64,000 nucleotides of DNA from an uncultured Gammaproteobacteria bacterium (GTDB lineage Bacteria > Patescibacteriota > Microgenomatia > Levybacterales > GWA1-39-11), in the NCBI GenBank assembly GCA_964651815.1, contig CAZYWG010000008.1:4824-68823 (forward strand), written 5' to 3'. The notes below the pieces were generated by a model. The model did no database searches and had not been told where the DNA came from. It saw only the letters and a program-made list of their open reading frames with translations. The position numbers and the translations under genes are program-made. Positions 9,967 through 20,234 of this stretch are shown here, one piece after another; positions within the stretch are counted from its first letter, which is position 1; every line of letters begins with the position of its first letter.

Positions 9967-11142
9967 ATGGATGACCAATTCTCAAATAAATCGGACTTAG
10001 CAGAACCTGAAATTCCTTCAGCTGATACCCCTTCTCAGCCGTCAAATGGTCAAATTGCTCAAAGCGCAGAACATGATAAATTGCGGTACGAAGCGCTCCT
10101 TGAAAATCTAGGAGAAGGGCTTGTTGTAACAGATAAAAACGGAAAGATTGTGACTTTTAACAAAGCTGCTGTTTCAATGCTAGGGTGGACTGAAGAGGAA
10201 GCGTTAGGACGAGCCATGCACGAAATAATAAATGTAAATTATAAAAACATTGAGAATACAAATAGCGTAAATTTTGGGAGTAAAACATCTCTGCATTTTG
10301 TGCGTAAGGACGGTACTAAATTTCCCGCTGCAATTACTGTTAGCTCGTATTCTCAAGGTGCAGAAATATTAGGGACTATTACGTTATTTAGGGACATAAC
10401 AACGGAGCAAAACGTGGATGCAATTAAAAACGAATTTATTTCACTTGCTTCTCACCAATTAAGGACACCTCTTTCTGCAATCAAATGGTATACCCACCTC
10501 CTCATGAACGGCGATTTAGGACAACTCACTCCCGAGCAAAAAGAATATACCAAAAGCATCTATATGTCTACCGAGCGGATGATTGAATTAGTCAATGATC
10601 TTCTCAATATTTCAAGAGTTGAATCCGGGCGGATTATTGTAGAACCAACCAAAACAGACCTCAAAAAACTAGTTGAAGAGATTATTGAGGAAGTAAGAAT
10701 CCGTTTTGCAGAAAAAAAGCAGATCATTAATTTATCAATTCCTGATAATTTTCCGCAAGTTAATCTTGATCCGCGTCTAATAAGGCAAGTTTATATAAAT
10801 CTTCTTACAAATTCAGCAAAATATACAAAAGATGGAGGGGAAATTAGCGTTACTGTTTCCCAAAAAGATAAAAATGTGATCTCCGAAGTCAAAGACAATG
10901 GATATGGAATTCCTGAAGCTGATAAGCCACGTCTTTTTGATAAATTTTACAGGGGATCAAATGTTATAAGCAAAGTGAGTGATGGCTCGGGACTTGGATT
11001 GTATTTAATTAATGCAATTGTAGGATTGTCTGATGGAAAAATTTGGTTCGAGAGTCACGAGGGGCAAGGAACAACTTTTTGGTTTTCATTACCGATGGAA
11101 GGTACCGCGCCAAAAAAGGGCGTGGTTACTCTTGATAGCTAA
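9967..11142 (+). CDS. cytoplasmic PAS-domain sensor histidine kinase
   Basis: No TM segment. PAS-like region (LLENLGEGLVVTDKNGKIVTFNKAA), H-box HQLRTPLSAIKWYTHLL, N/G boxes (DNGYGIPEAD, GSGLGLYLIN). Confidence 0.8.
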   Translation: MDDQFSNKSDLAEPEIPSADTPSQPSNGQIAQSAEHDKLRYEALLENLGEGLVVTDKNGKIVTFNKAAVSMLGWTEEEALGRAMHEIINVNYKNIENTNSVNFGSKTSLHFVRKDGTKFPAAITVSSYSQGAEILGTITLFRDITTEQNVDAIKNEFISLASHQLRTPLSAIKWYTHLLMNGDLGQLTPEQKEYTKSIYMSTERMIELVNDLLNISRVESGRIIVEPTKTDLKKLVEEIIEEVRIRFAEKKQIINLSIPDNFPQVNLDPRLIRQVYINLLTNSAKYTKDGGEISVTVSQKDKNVISEVKDNGYGIPEADKPRLFDKFYRGSNVISKVSDGSGLGLYLINAIVGLSDGKIWFESHEGQGTTFWFSLPMEGTAPKKGVVTLDS

Positions 11143-11187
11143 ATTAAATTTGACATTGGGAAGCAATTTAAGTATCGTTTTATTAAT

Positions 11188-11667
11188 ATGGGAATATTTA
11201 ACGGGCTAAAAACTATTTTTAACAATAGCAATCCGGCGCAAAACAACACCTCACCCAACCAAAGCGCTCCACAGGGGCAAAGCCAGCCGAATCCTCAAGC
11301 CAAAAAGGTGTTAATTGTTGAAGATGAGACGCTTCTTGCTAATGCACTGGAGCTTAAATTCAAGAATGAAGGGTATAATGTATTGAAGGCAGAAAATGGG
11401 CAAATAGGGCTTGATACAGCCATTGCCAACAAGCCGGACTTAATCCTTCTTGACTTGTTAATGCCTGTCATGGATGGCAAAGCAATGCTTCATTCATTAC
11501 GTAAATTGCCGGAATTCAAAAACCTCCCAGTTATCATTCTTACAAACGCAGGGGACGTTGATAACATGCGCCAGACTCAGTTTTATGATCACGCTAGTTC
11601 TTTCCTAATCAAAGCAAACGTTAACCCGGAAGACGTGGTAAGAGAAGCGGAAAAATTCCTCTCCTAA
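11188..11667 (+). CDS. single-domain response regulator (receiver only) with Q/N/P-rich N-terminal tail
   Basis: KKVLIVEDE...KPDLILLDLLMPVMDG receiver signature with no output domain. About 40-aa low-complexity N-terminus (NNSNPAQNNTSPNQSAPQGQSQPNPQ). Confidence 0.8.
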   Translation: MGIFNGLKTIFNNSNPAQNNTSPNQSAPQGQSQPNPQAKKVLIVEDETLLANALELKFKNEGYNVLKAENGQIGLDTAIANKPDLILLDLLMPVMDGKAMLHSLRKLPEFKNLPVIILTNAGDVDNMRQTQFYDHASSFLIKANVNPEDVVREAEKFLS

Positions 11668-11676
11668 AATTTAGAA

Positions 11677-12768
11677 CTAATTCTTCTGCCTGAGGAATGC
11701 GGGAATATCAAAAATGGATTCACTTTCGTCATTTTGTGGAGTTGAAGCAGGAGTACCATAAGATTGTGGTTGCTCTGCTGTGTCATTTTCAACCATTTGT
11801 TGAAGTTTCTTTCTTGACTCGTCAAATCCAGTTGCAATAACCGTTATTCTAATTTGGTCATGCAAATTTTCATCAATTGTTGCTCCAAAAATAATATTTG
11901 CGTCCGGGTCCGCAGCCGCTGAAATTATCTTTGATGCCTCATTTACTTCTGACATTGAAAGATCTGTTCCGCCAATTATATTGAAAAGGACGCCGCGTGC
12001 GCCTTCCATAGATACTTCAAGAAGAGGTGAAGATGTAGCCTGGCGCGCCGCAAGCTGAGCTCTGTTTTCACCAACTCCAATTCCTATTCCCATGAGTGCC
12101 GAACCGGCGCTTGTCATAATTGTTTTAACATCTGCAAAATCAACGTTGATAAGTCCCGGGATTGTAATAAGGTCTGAAATTCCCTGGACTCCGTGATTGA
12201 GGACAGAGTCGGCAACCCTGAATGCTTCAAGGAGAGAAAGTTTTTTATCAATAACTTCTAGAATTCTCTGGTTAGGAATAACAATTAATGTGTCCACTCG
12301 CTCTTTGAGCATTTCAATTCCCTCTTCTGCTGAGACCATTCGGCGGGTGCCTTCAAACTGGAATGGCTTTGTGACAACAGCAACAGTGAGCGCTCCCACT
12401 TCTTTTGCAACTTCTGCAATTATTGATGTTGCGCCAGTCCCTGTACCGCCACCCATACCAGCAGTCAAAAAAACCATATCAGTCCCTTCAAGCATTTCTT
12501 TAATTTTTTCGCGCGATTCTTCTGCTGCTTTAGTCCCAACCTCAGGATTTCCTCCGGAACCAAGACCACGTGTGAGATTTTCTCCAATTTGTACTTTTAC
12601 ATTGGCCTGATTAATAAGCAGGGCCTGTGCGTCAGTATTTATTGCCATAAATTCAACGCCCTGGATCTGGCCGTCTGTTATCATGGAATTAATTGCGTTG
12701 CCGCCGCCTCCACCAATACCAATAACACGAATCTTAGCGAAAGATGTTGTTTGAGGTTTTATAAGCAT
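11677..12768 (-). CDS. ftsZ: cell division protein FtsZ
   Basis: Tubulin signature GGGTGTGA, 363 aa, C-terminal conserved tail DIPAFLRQ. Convergent with the response regulator, only 9 nt apart. Confidence 0.95.
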   Translation of the reverse strand: MLIKPQTTSFAKIRVIGIGGGGGNAINSMITDGQIQGVEFMAINTDAQALLINQANVKVQIGENLTRGLGSGGNPEVGTKAAEESREKIKEMLEGTDMVFLTAGMGGGTGTGATSIIAEVAKEVGALTVAVVTKPFQFEGTRRMVSAEEGIEMLKERVDTLIVIPNQRILEVIDKKLSLLEAFRVADSVLNHGVQGISDLITIPGLINVDFADVKTIMTSAGSALMGIGIGVGENRAQLAARQATSSPLLEVSMEGARGVLFNIIGGTDLSMSEVNEASKIISAAADPDANIIFGATIDENLHDQIRITVIATGFDESRKKLQQMVENDTAEQPQSYGTPASTPQNDESESIFDIPAFLRQKN

Positions 12769-12941
12769 TTTGTATGATATTAATGCGTTATTTTAAAACG
12801 TAGCCAATGCTATCACAAAATAAAAATCAATGCAAGACTCTTAGAATTCTGGAGAATTAAATCTAAAATTTACGGAGAAGCTTGCATGATATCTGTGACG
12901 GGGAATTTTTAGAAATAATTGTCATATGAACTTAAATAGAT

Positions 12942-15746
12942 TTATAAATCTATCCAACCGCCATTGTCTGCTCGGCCCTGAAAATAATCATATTGAGCTA
13001 TGTTAAGTTCTGCTCTTATTTTATCTTTGTAACGTGAAAGATTACCACCTGCCAATTCATTTTGTTTGTATATATAATCATCCCAAACTTTTTTATCCGC
13101 ATCTGTCCATTCTACTCCTGCCTCGTGTTCCTTGATCATCTTATTAAGTCCGTGCACAAAATAACTATACACATCTTTAGAAGTTATTCTTATTTTCTTC
13201 CCTGCAGCAGTAGATAGAATGTTTTCTTCCGGCATACTATCTACTACTTCTCTTAACAATCTATCGAGCCACAATCTACTGTGTCTATTTAAACCCTCAA
13301 CAACTGCTCGAAATACAGCAATATCTGGTGGTGTTTTTTGAGATTCTGTGCCTTGGTTTGTTTCAGCAGCTAGAGCGGCTGCTGGCTGTGCCATGCTTGA
13401 ACCAGGAGCTAGTGCATCAGGAGCTGCGTTTGCGTTAATTGCTTCCTGGCTGTGTTTTGCAACATCAACCAAATTGTCCATCAAAACTCCAAACACTCTA
13501 CTATCAATTGGGATTAAGTCTTTTGAAATATGCGGAGGTAATTCAACCTCGGAATTTTTTGGCAAACCATATATAATCCCCAGATCAGGATTGACGATCA
13601 AAGGCAAAAGCGGAATCTCGCTTCTTAACTCAGAAAGAATTCGCGAATGAAAAAGAGGATCTGACCCCACACTTCTCATAAAATCCACAACAAAATTTTC
13701 ATATTTATATTTTTCCATTTGCCTTTCATTTTTGTCGGAATCAGCCCTATTTCTAGACCACATCTTATAATCAATTATTGCGTCTATAGAAAGTTCACTA
13801 TCAGTTATTCTAATTATTAAGCCGTCTGGGTAACTTATTCCACGTATTGCCTGATTAATTATGTGTTGGTCATCACTTGCTGTATCCGCATCCCTATACA
13901 TACTAGAATATAAAGTGTGAACGTCTGAAGGCGATAAAACAACTAAATCTTTGCGCAAAGCATACTTATCCGTCTCGTACCAATAACCTAAATGCTCAAA
14001 GATTACACCCGAAAGACTTTGCATGAATTCTTTTACATCTGATTGGCTTTCTGGCATTTTATCCCTGATAGCTGTAATAACACCAGCAGAATATTCACTT
14101 CTTACAAACTTTTCAACAAGTTGTCTCGTGTCTTCGGATGCGTATTGTAAAAAGGCGGACATCTCAGGGCGGGATAAAACCCAATCGGAACCTCCTGTTC
14201 CAATCTCTGACGTCACATCTTCTTCAACAATTGTCTGAACCAAACCCTTAACTTCTTCCTCGCCGGACATCTGTGGTTCTTGACCTGTTGCTGTAGCCAC
14301 GGCATTTCGTACCCATTTATCAACATCTTCTCTGAAAAGTCTTGCTGCTTCTTTTGCATCCTGAATTTCAGGATATCTTGCTTTTACTTCATTCCAAACG
14401 CCTATTTCTTCCGGAGTTGCAAGCCCACTTACGGATCTAAACAAAAGCTTATTGATACTATGACGCATGGAGCTTAAAGTTTGAGGCCATGTCAGAGTTC
14501 TTCCATTTTTTGCAGGACCAAGTATTTTTATTATATCTGCAAGCGCTGCCTCTCCACTTAAATATGCTGATAATGCCTGAAGTCTCGATGCAGGCACTGT
14601 TGGTACTTTTTCAAGGTATGTTTGTCCTCTTGAAACCGGTCTATAAAATTCTTCGCCTTCTTCATCCGAATCCTCACTTAAACCATCTTGGCCAGATAAA
14701 TCTGCTGGTAAATCTGCATCCTCAGACTGCACAACGCGCTCAAGATAATACTGTCCAGATTTATGAGATCCAGGGGGGTTCAAATTACTAATATTTATTC
14801 CGTTCGTTTTAAGTCTTGCTCTTAATTTACTTACTAAAACACTTAGCCTTTTAACAGCTTCAGGAGTACGCGCACCATTGTAGGCTACGTCAAGTAAATC
14901 TACGCTTGTAGCGGGAGTGTCTTTTGTTGCAAACATAAGTTCTTCAAGAACCTTTTTTTCTTTTCCTGACAAAGAGCCCACATCAAAAGGAGATAAATCA
15001 AATAATCCCTCAAATTCAACATTTGCATTAAGTTTATAAATAGCATGGAGATGAGATCCTTCTGTTTTTATAATCTCATCTTGAGGAAAAACAGTAGACA
15101 AAGCTCTCCTCAATGGAGTAACTGTGTCTGCTGGATAATAACCCGGTTTAAACTTTTGAATTTGCTCGGCAGACATAGAGCCCTTTCTTGCCAATTTTAT
15201 AAGAACATCCCAGAACTTTGCGTGACTTCTTACTTGTCTTTTTTGCTCATCACTACCAAATGTTCTATCTTGGATGTTAATTTTTATGGTTGGCAAAACC
15301 TGATCAATTTCGGCTGAACTTAAACCTGAGGTTTCCGGTTTTAAACCTGTCGCAGGTTGCCTTGTGGCAGCGCTTTCAGCGTCAGATGATCCAAACAGCT
15401 CTTTAAATGTTCTTTCTGCAGCCTCACGAATATCAACAGGGATATCGGGGTTAAGTCTTATGCTCTCAATTGACTTACGGGCCTCCTCAGACTCTAGGTT
15501 TGCGATTCTTCTTGTAATTGTTGGAACTGCATTAGTTAGAAGTCTATTTTTAACTTCTTGTACGTCAGCACCGAATTTAGCAGTTTCGGAAAGTTGCTGA
15601 AGTCCGGATATTTTAGTCAGGCGCTCAACTCTTCTTGGAAGCAATTCCTTGGAAGGCAATGCAGCCAGATGTTGAGTACGGTTTAAATCCGATTTATACA
15701 AATCGCGTCTCCCCTGAAAACTTGTAATATCTCTTCTTTCAGCCAT
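12942..15746 (-). CDS. giant hypothetical protein (934 aa) inside dcw cluster
   Basis: Long soluble ORF with no recognisable catalytic motif. Co-directional between ftsA and ftsZ. Confidence 0.5.
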   Translation of the reverse strand: MAERRDITSFQGRRDLYKSDLNRTQHLAALPSKELLPRRVERLTKISGLQQLSETAKFGADVQEVKNRLLTNAVPTITRRIANLESEEARKSIESIRLNPDIPVDIREAAERTFKELFGSSDAESAATRQPATGLKPETSGLSSAEIDQVLPTIKINIQDRTFGSDEQKRQVRSHAKFWDVLIKLARKGSMSAEQIQKFKPGYYPADTVTPLRRALSTVFPQDEIIKTEGSHLHAIYKLNANVEFEGLFDLSPFDVGSLSGKEKKVLEELMFATKDTPATSVDLLDVAYNGARTPEAVKRLSVLVSKLRARLKTNGINISNLNPPGSHKSGQYYLERVVQSEDADLPADLSGQDGLSEDSDEEGEEFYRPVSRGQTYLEKVPTVPASRLQALSAYLSGEAALADIIKILGPAKNGRTLTWPQTLSSMRHSINKLLFRSVSGLATPEEIGVWNEVKARYPEIQDAKEAARLFREDVDKWVRNAVATATGQEPQMSGEEEVKGLVQTIVEEDVTSEIGTGGSDWVLSRPEMSAFLQYASEDTRQLVEKFVRSEYSAGVITAIRDKMPESQSDVKEFMQSLSGVIFEHLGYWYETDKYALRKDLVVLSPSDVHTLYSSMYRDADTASDDQHIINQAIRGISYPDGLIIRITDSELSIDAIIDYKMWSRNRADSDKNERQMEKYKYENFVVDFMRSVGSDPLFHSRILSELRSEIPLLPLIVNPDLGIIYGLPKNSEVELPPHISKDLIPIDSRVFGVLMDNLVDVAKHSQEAINANAAPDALAPGSSMAQPAAALAAETNQGTESQKTPPDIAVFRAVVEGLNRHSRLWLDRLLREVVDSMPEENILSTAAGKKIRITSKDVYSYFVHGLNKMIKEHEAGVEWTDADKKVWDDYIYKQNELAGGNLSRYKDKIRAELNIAQYDYFQGRADNGGWIDL

Positions 15747-15944
15747 ATTAATTTTGTGCCCAAATTATACTATAGGTTTTATTATTTGTCAATCAATTTG
15801 GTTTTAACATTATTTTTTGAAAATCACTGTAAGATTTTATACAAACTCTGTTTATTTTAAGTCTGGGGTGAAAAAGATAATTGACAAAAAGTTAACAAGA
15901 ACCTTTCAATTTTATTCCGTAGTTTTTTACTTCTGAAGAAGGTT

Positions 15945-16379
15945 CTATCGCCAGAGGGAGAATTTCTTTGTGAGTGAGGAGAGTTTTTCTTTTTCCCCAA
16001 AAAATACTATTCCGTAGTATTCGAGCTGTGCTTCAGGCGTTTGCGAGGTGCGCTCTTTTTGTTCTGCAAATGTGCCAACTGTCATAGTATCAATAAAGTC
16101 GACAAAAGGAATGTTATTCGCGATCAAATCATTTCTAAGAGTCCTAATTTTATTTGAATTATCTGCAGCCAAGACAATAAACGGATTGTCGGAAATGTTT
16201 TTATGTACGCCACCGTCCAAGTCAACATAACCATCAAGCCTTAAAATTTCTTTATCCGGATATGCAGCGCCAAAACCTGCCGCCATGTGCCCTAAAGCAT
16301 TCATCAGTTTCCCCGTTTCGATTTTTTTATTAAGAACTGCAACAAATTTGTGGGTTGTGGGTATTTCAGTCATAGACAA
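15945..16379 (-). CDS. DUF2000 family protein
   Basis: 144 aa. KFVAVLNKK...NALGHMAAGFG ... FFGEKEKLSSLTKKFSLWR resembles the DUF2000 pattern (remembered, not searched). Confidence 0.5.
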   Translation of the reverse strand: MSMTEIPTTHKFVAVLNKKIETGKLMNALGHMAAGFGAAYPDKEILRLDGYVDLDGGVHKNISDNPFIVLAADNSNKIRTLRNDLIANNIPFVDFIDTMTVGTFAEQKERTSQTPEAQLEYYGIVFFGEKEKLSSLTKKFSLWR

Positions 16380-17186
16380 CTATATCATCTCATTCTCGAT
16401 GAGCTCCTCAATAAACTTTGCAACTCCATCCGCTTTGTATGACGGGATTATTTTGTCTGCAATTGCTTTAAGGCTTTCGTTTGCATCTTCAGTTGCTACC
16501 TTGTATCCACAGGCCTCGAGAAGCGGGAAATCATTATATCCATCGCCTATTCCAATTACTTCATCCCTACTTAAATTAAGAAGTTTCAAAACGTGTAAGA
16601 CAGCTTGCTGCTTGTTTGCCATTGCAGCCGTTATATCAAAAGCTCGTCCTGCAGGACTAAAAGCTTTTATTGCATGCAAAGAAGGAAACTCGATAAGTAA
16701 TTTTTGGTAAATATTTTCGAATTTATTCTCATCAGTAACAAAAATTCCAATTTTTGGGACATCGTGCGGTTGTAGGGTTTTAAGGTCTCTAAAAGGTACG
16801 TCACCGAATGCGCGTCTTGGTTTTCCTTCAAGCGTATAGACATCAAGCTCCTTTTCAACCCAATAATCAAGGTTATTTTCATTTACAAAATTTATGAGTC
16901 TCAAAAGATCAGTATCCGGAATGTTTTCTTTGATAATTATTTCGCCGGTCACAGAATCTATAATCTCTGCCCCACCCCTTACAATTTGGGGAGACACAAG
17001 ATTCATCTCATGGCAAGCATCTTCAACTGGACCATTAAATGCTCTGCCTGAAGCAATAACAAATTTCACACTTTTCTCTTTTAATGATCTTATTGCGTTT
17101 TTGACATTTTCAGAGATTTTTAAATCTGCGCCTACAAGCGTCCCATCAAAATCACATACTATCGCTTCGTATTTTATTGTCATCAA
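16380..17186 (-). CDS. HAD-IIB (Cof-type) hydrolase
   Basis: AIVCDFDGTLV (DxDGT motif I), GDGYNDFPLLEACGYKVA (motif IV), 268 aa. Start overlaps the stop of the DUF2000 gene. Confidence 0.8.
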   Translation of the reverse strand: MMTIKYEAIVCDFDGTLVGADLKISENVKNAIRSLKEKSVKFVIASGRAFNGPVEDACHEMNLVSPQIVRGGAEIIDSVTGEIIIKENIPDTDLLRLINFVNENNLDYWVEKELDVYTLEGKPRRAFGDVPFRDLKTLQPHDVPKIGIFVTDENKFENIYQKLLIEFPSLHAIKAFSPAGRAFDITAAMANKQQAVLHVLKLLNLSRDEVIGIGDGYNDFPLLEACGYKVATEDANESLKAIADKIIPSYKADGVAKFIEELIENEMI

Positions 17187-17213
17187 CTAATTATATCAGC
17201 GAAACGGATCATT

Positions 17214-17768
17214 TTAAAAATCAGGGGTTTGTTTTGGGGTAACTTTAACAATACCTGGATACTTGTTAGTTCTAAATTTGGAATAAACTTCCGCAAGAGC
17301 CCTATTTCCCGGCCAACTCGCGGTCTTTCGACTCAACCCTACGGACTCTGATGCATCGCCCCTGGATTTAGCTTCCCCACTCACGAGCCCATATCTCTCA
17401 ATTGCTATTGCAAGATAAAGCGGTTTAGAATTTCTGCCCATGGTAGAAAACATTTCGTGTAAAAAAGTACCAACTCTTAAAATATCTTCTGCAGTATCTA
17501 GATGAAATTCAAAATTATAATCTCTTTCTCCACCAAAAGCATCGGTGAAAAAATTTTTAAAACCTTCTCTCACCTTGTCTATGCGCTCGGGGACAAACGG
17601 TACAAGTATCTGATCAGCCATTCTCTGGAATATAGCGCTCTTTGCAGCCTTCTCTGCTGCAATTTTTGCTCCATCATATGTGACAGTAGCACCATCAAAA
17701 GAGGCAACGTGCGCTCTCCAAGCTTCTTCTCTTCCATCTTCAACTTTTATCTCAAACCTTGACGGCAT
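17214..17768 (-). CDS. hypothetical protein (184 aa)
   Basis: ORF in the dcw operon context with no motif. Confidence 0.4.
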   Translation of the reverse strand: MPSRFEIKVEDGREEAWRAHVASFDGATVTYDGAKIAAEKAAKSAIFQRMADQILVPFVPERIDKVREGFKNFFTDAFGGERDYNFEFHLDTAEDILRVGTFLHEMFSTMGRNSKPLYLAIAIERYGLVSGEAKSRGDASESVGLSRKTASWPGNRALAEVYSKFRTNKYPGIVKVTPKQTPDF

Positions 17769-17837
17769 ATTTGGAATTATACGTATTTTGAGGCTCTTGT
17801 CAACTTAATTTGGGGAAAGGTTTTGAGGAGTTTTATA

Positions 17838-20183
17838 TTATGCGGCGACAGGCTGAGTAAACCATGTAGAAAGATGCGTGCTCAATGCAATAGGAGCCGC
17901 CCTAAACTGTTTTTCGAAAACTACTGGAAGCAAATCTTCTTCTCCTTTTTTTAACTTTGGTCTATAGGAAACTCTTCTCCATGTATCTAAATATTTTCCG
18001 TCAGGCGTTTTTTCAAGAGCAAACTCCTCAGGAAGACTATCAAGCTTTGAGCCTGAAGGCTTTGTTACGTACGAAAGAGCTTCTGCAGCTTGTCCCTCTA
18101 ATATTTTTATTTTAATTTCAGAATCATTGTTTTGACGAGCCGCGGCCAACTCATCTCTGTAATGACGGTAAACCTGGGCATAAGCAAGGGGAACAACTTT
18201 TTGTGGAATTTGCTTTGGCATCCCCTCACGCTTGCCCGCTTCTTCAATAACCTGGTCGCTTGTTAGTGTTTTCTGGTGGTATTCCGTTAACAATGAAATA
18301 TAGGTTACTTCACTTCTTGGAAGAAGCATTGCCGGTACTATTTTCCCTTCTGTTGCAATATTTTGTTGTTTTTTTCTTTCAATTTCCGTCATCACATCTT
18401 TTTCCTGACGTGGGGTTATTTTTTTTGATGCAATAGTCACGAGTTCCTGAAAAGAACCAACCGCAATATGCTCAAGAAAGGCCTGCACCTCAGGCTTATC
18501 ACTGAGATCAACGGTCAAGCCTGTAAGGTGACCATTTTTATCAAGTTTTCCAAATACTAAACCTTCTTTATCTTTAAACCTGAATTGAAGTCCTACTTCC
18601 GGCGGCTGATATCCGCGGGTAGAAAATGAAATATCTTTAAATCCAAGAACTGCCGCAGGGTGCTTATCAACAAACTGAAGAACATCAAGCTCCCGTTCCG
18701 ATGGCCATAACTTTGCTTGCCTTTTTGTAATAAAAGACGGCCACATTTGTTCACGTGTAATTTGCTGCAATTCCTGCCAATGAACAGAAAGATTATCCAT
18801 AAAAAACCCAAGCGGACGATCAGGACTAAACATTTCTTTCATAGACAGGATAGACATATTTGCTCTGGACCTTTCATTAAGGTGTCTTGCTAGAAGGTCA
18901 ACAGCAGTGCTATTAACACGGGACGTAAGAATTGCCGCCGCCAAGCCTACATTAGTTGGTGCAAAATCATGGTAAATTTGACCAGAATTGAGATTATCAA
19001 TATAGCTTTGATAATCAACTGTTAAATTTTGGTAAAGGTCAAAACTTTCTGTCCCTTGGCTTGCTTGAAGCACGAGCCTCTCAAGCTCTTCAATAACCTC
19101 CGGATCAGCTTCAGGCCCTATAACAAATTTCATTAATTCCCCCTGAATTGCACCAAACCATTGTGCTTTAGCTGTTTCGGTCTCTATATTATCCGGCCCT
19201 TGGAGTATGGATGTTAAATAGTGGTCCAGTCTGTGTTTAACCACAGGGTTTTGAGAAGCATAACCTTCATTAATAAAATGAAGCGTTTTTGAAAGTTGCT
19301 CTGGAGTTGTCTGCGAGATTAAGCGAACCATTACACTTTTAGCAATCTGTAAAGGTTCCCTATGATAATGGAAAAGTGCTTTTGCCACAAGATTGAATTC
19401 AGATTGAGTCAAGCTTGAAATATCGGCCTGATTAATCTCACGTAGTCTTGAAAACTCTTGACTATTCAATTCAGGAGGTATTAAAAAAGAAAACCGCACA
19501 TCTTTTTTAGGACCCCCACTCTGGGATGTGTGTTTAAAACCTTCTTTTAAGTTGCGCAGACCAAAAGGCAGAGATTTTATTTCCGCTTGTGGAAGTTCAT
19601 CAAGCTCAGACAAAGTCTTATCCACAAGGACGAATTTAGAATATGTTGCTTCAGATCTTAAATCAAATTTGAGAGCTTTCCCTTCTTCCGATAATGCATT
19701 TGAAAATTCTACCAGAAAGTCTTTTGTAGCCTCTCTTGATTCTCTAGTTAACGGTAAACTCTCTGGAACTGGCTTACTGAATTTTCCTTGCTTTCTATTA
19801 ACTACAAAATTTTTGACAGATAAATGTACAAGATCCAAAAAATCATCAGAGTTGTCACCCTTTACAACGTTTCTTATCAATAGATTACGGGCTCTTCTAT
19901 CTTTTTTAGGAGATGTTATTGCGGCGACGTACGCTTGCTGAATCTCGGGATTAATATCGAGGCTCGATTGTTCCTTTTTGACTTGAATCCCCGGTTCCTG
20001 CATGGGCATAATAGGTTTGAATCCCTCCGGAACAAAATTTATAGGGTTAAATGTAGTAATCCCAAACTGCTCTCTTAAGACGCGGGGAATGTCCCCCTCT
20101 GAGTCTATTTCGACTATTGGAAGTTTTCCCGGTCCTAAAGGGTCAAAGCCCGAACCATTTGGTTTTGGTCTGTCTGGTGTCAT
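17838..20183 (-). CDS. giant hypothetical protein (781 aa) inside dcw cluster
   Basis: Long soluble ORF immediately downstream of ftsA with no recognisable motif. Confidence 0.5.
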   Translation of the reverse strand: MTPDRPKPNGSGFDPLGPGKLPIVEIDSEGDIPRVLREQFGITTFNPINFVPEGFKPIMPMQEPGIQVKKEQSSLDINPEIQQAYVAAITSPKKDRRARNLLIRNVVKGDNSDDFLDLVHLSVKNFVVNRKQGKFSKPVPESLPLTRESREATKDFLVEFSNALSEEGKALKFDLRSEATYSKFVLVDKTLSELDELPQAEIKSLPFGLRNLKEGFKHTSQSGGPKKDVRFSFLIPPELNSQEFSRLREINQADISSLTQSEFNLVAKALFHYHREPLQIAKSVMVRLISQTTPEQLSKTLHFINEGYASQNPVVKHRLDHYLTSILQGPDNIETETAKAQWFGAIQGELMKFVIGPEADPEVIEELERLVLQASQGTESFDLYQNLTVDYQSYIDNLNSGQIYHDFAPTNVGLAAAILTSRVNSTAVDLLARHLNERSRANMSILSMKEMFSPDRPLGFFMDNLSVHWQELQQITREQMWPSFITKRQAKLWPSERELDVLQFVDKHPAAVLGFKDISFSTRGYQPPEVGLQFRFKDKEGLVFGKLDKNGHLTGLTVDLSDKPEVQAFLEHIAVGSFQELVTIASKKITPRQEKDVMTEIERKKQQNIATEGKIVPAMLLPRSEVTYISLLTEYHQKTLTSDQVIEEAGKREGMPKQIPQKVVPLAYAQVYRHYRDELAAARQNNDSEIKIKILEGQAAEALSYVTKPSGSKLDSLPEEFALEKTPDGKYLDTWRRVSYRPKLKKGEEDLLPVVFEKQFRAAPIALSTHLSTWFTQPVAA

Positions 20184-20234
20184 ATCCTATAAGAATTCTA
20201 CCAGATTTATTGAATAATTTCAAGCAAGAACAGA

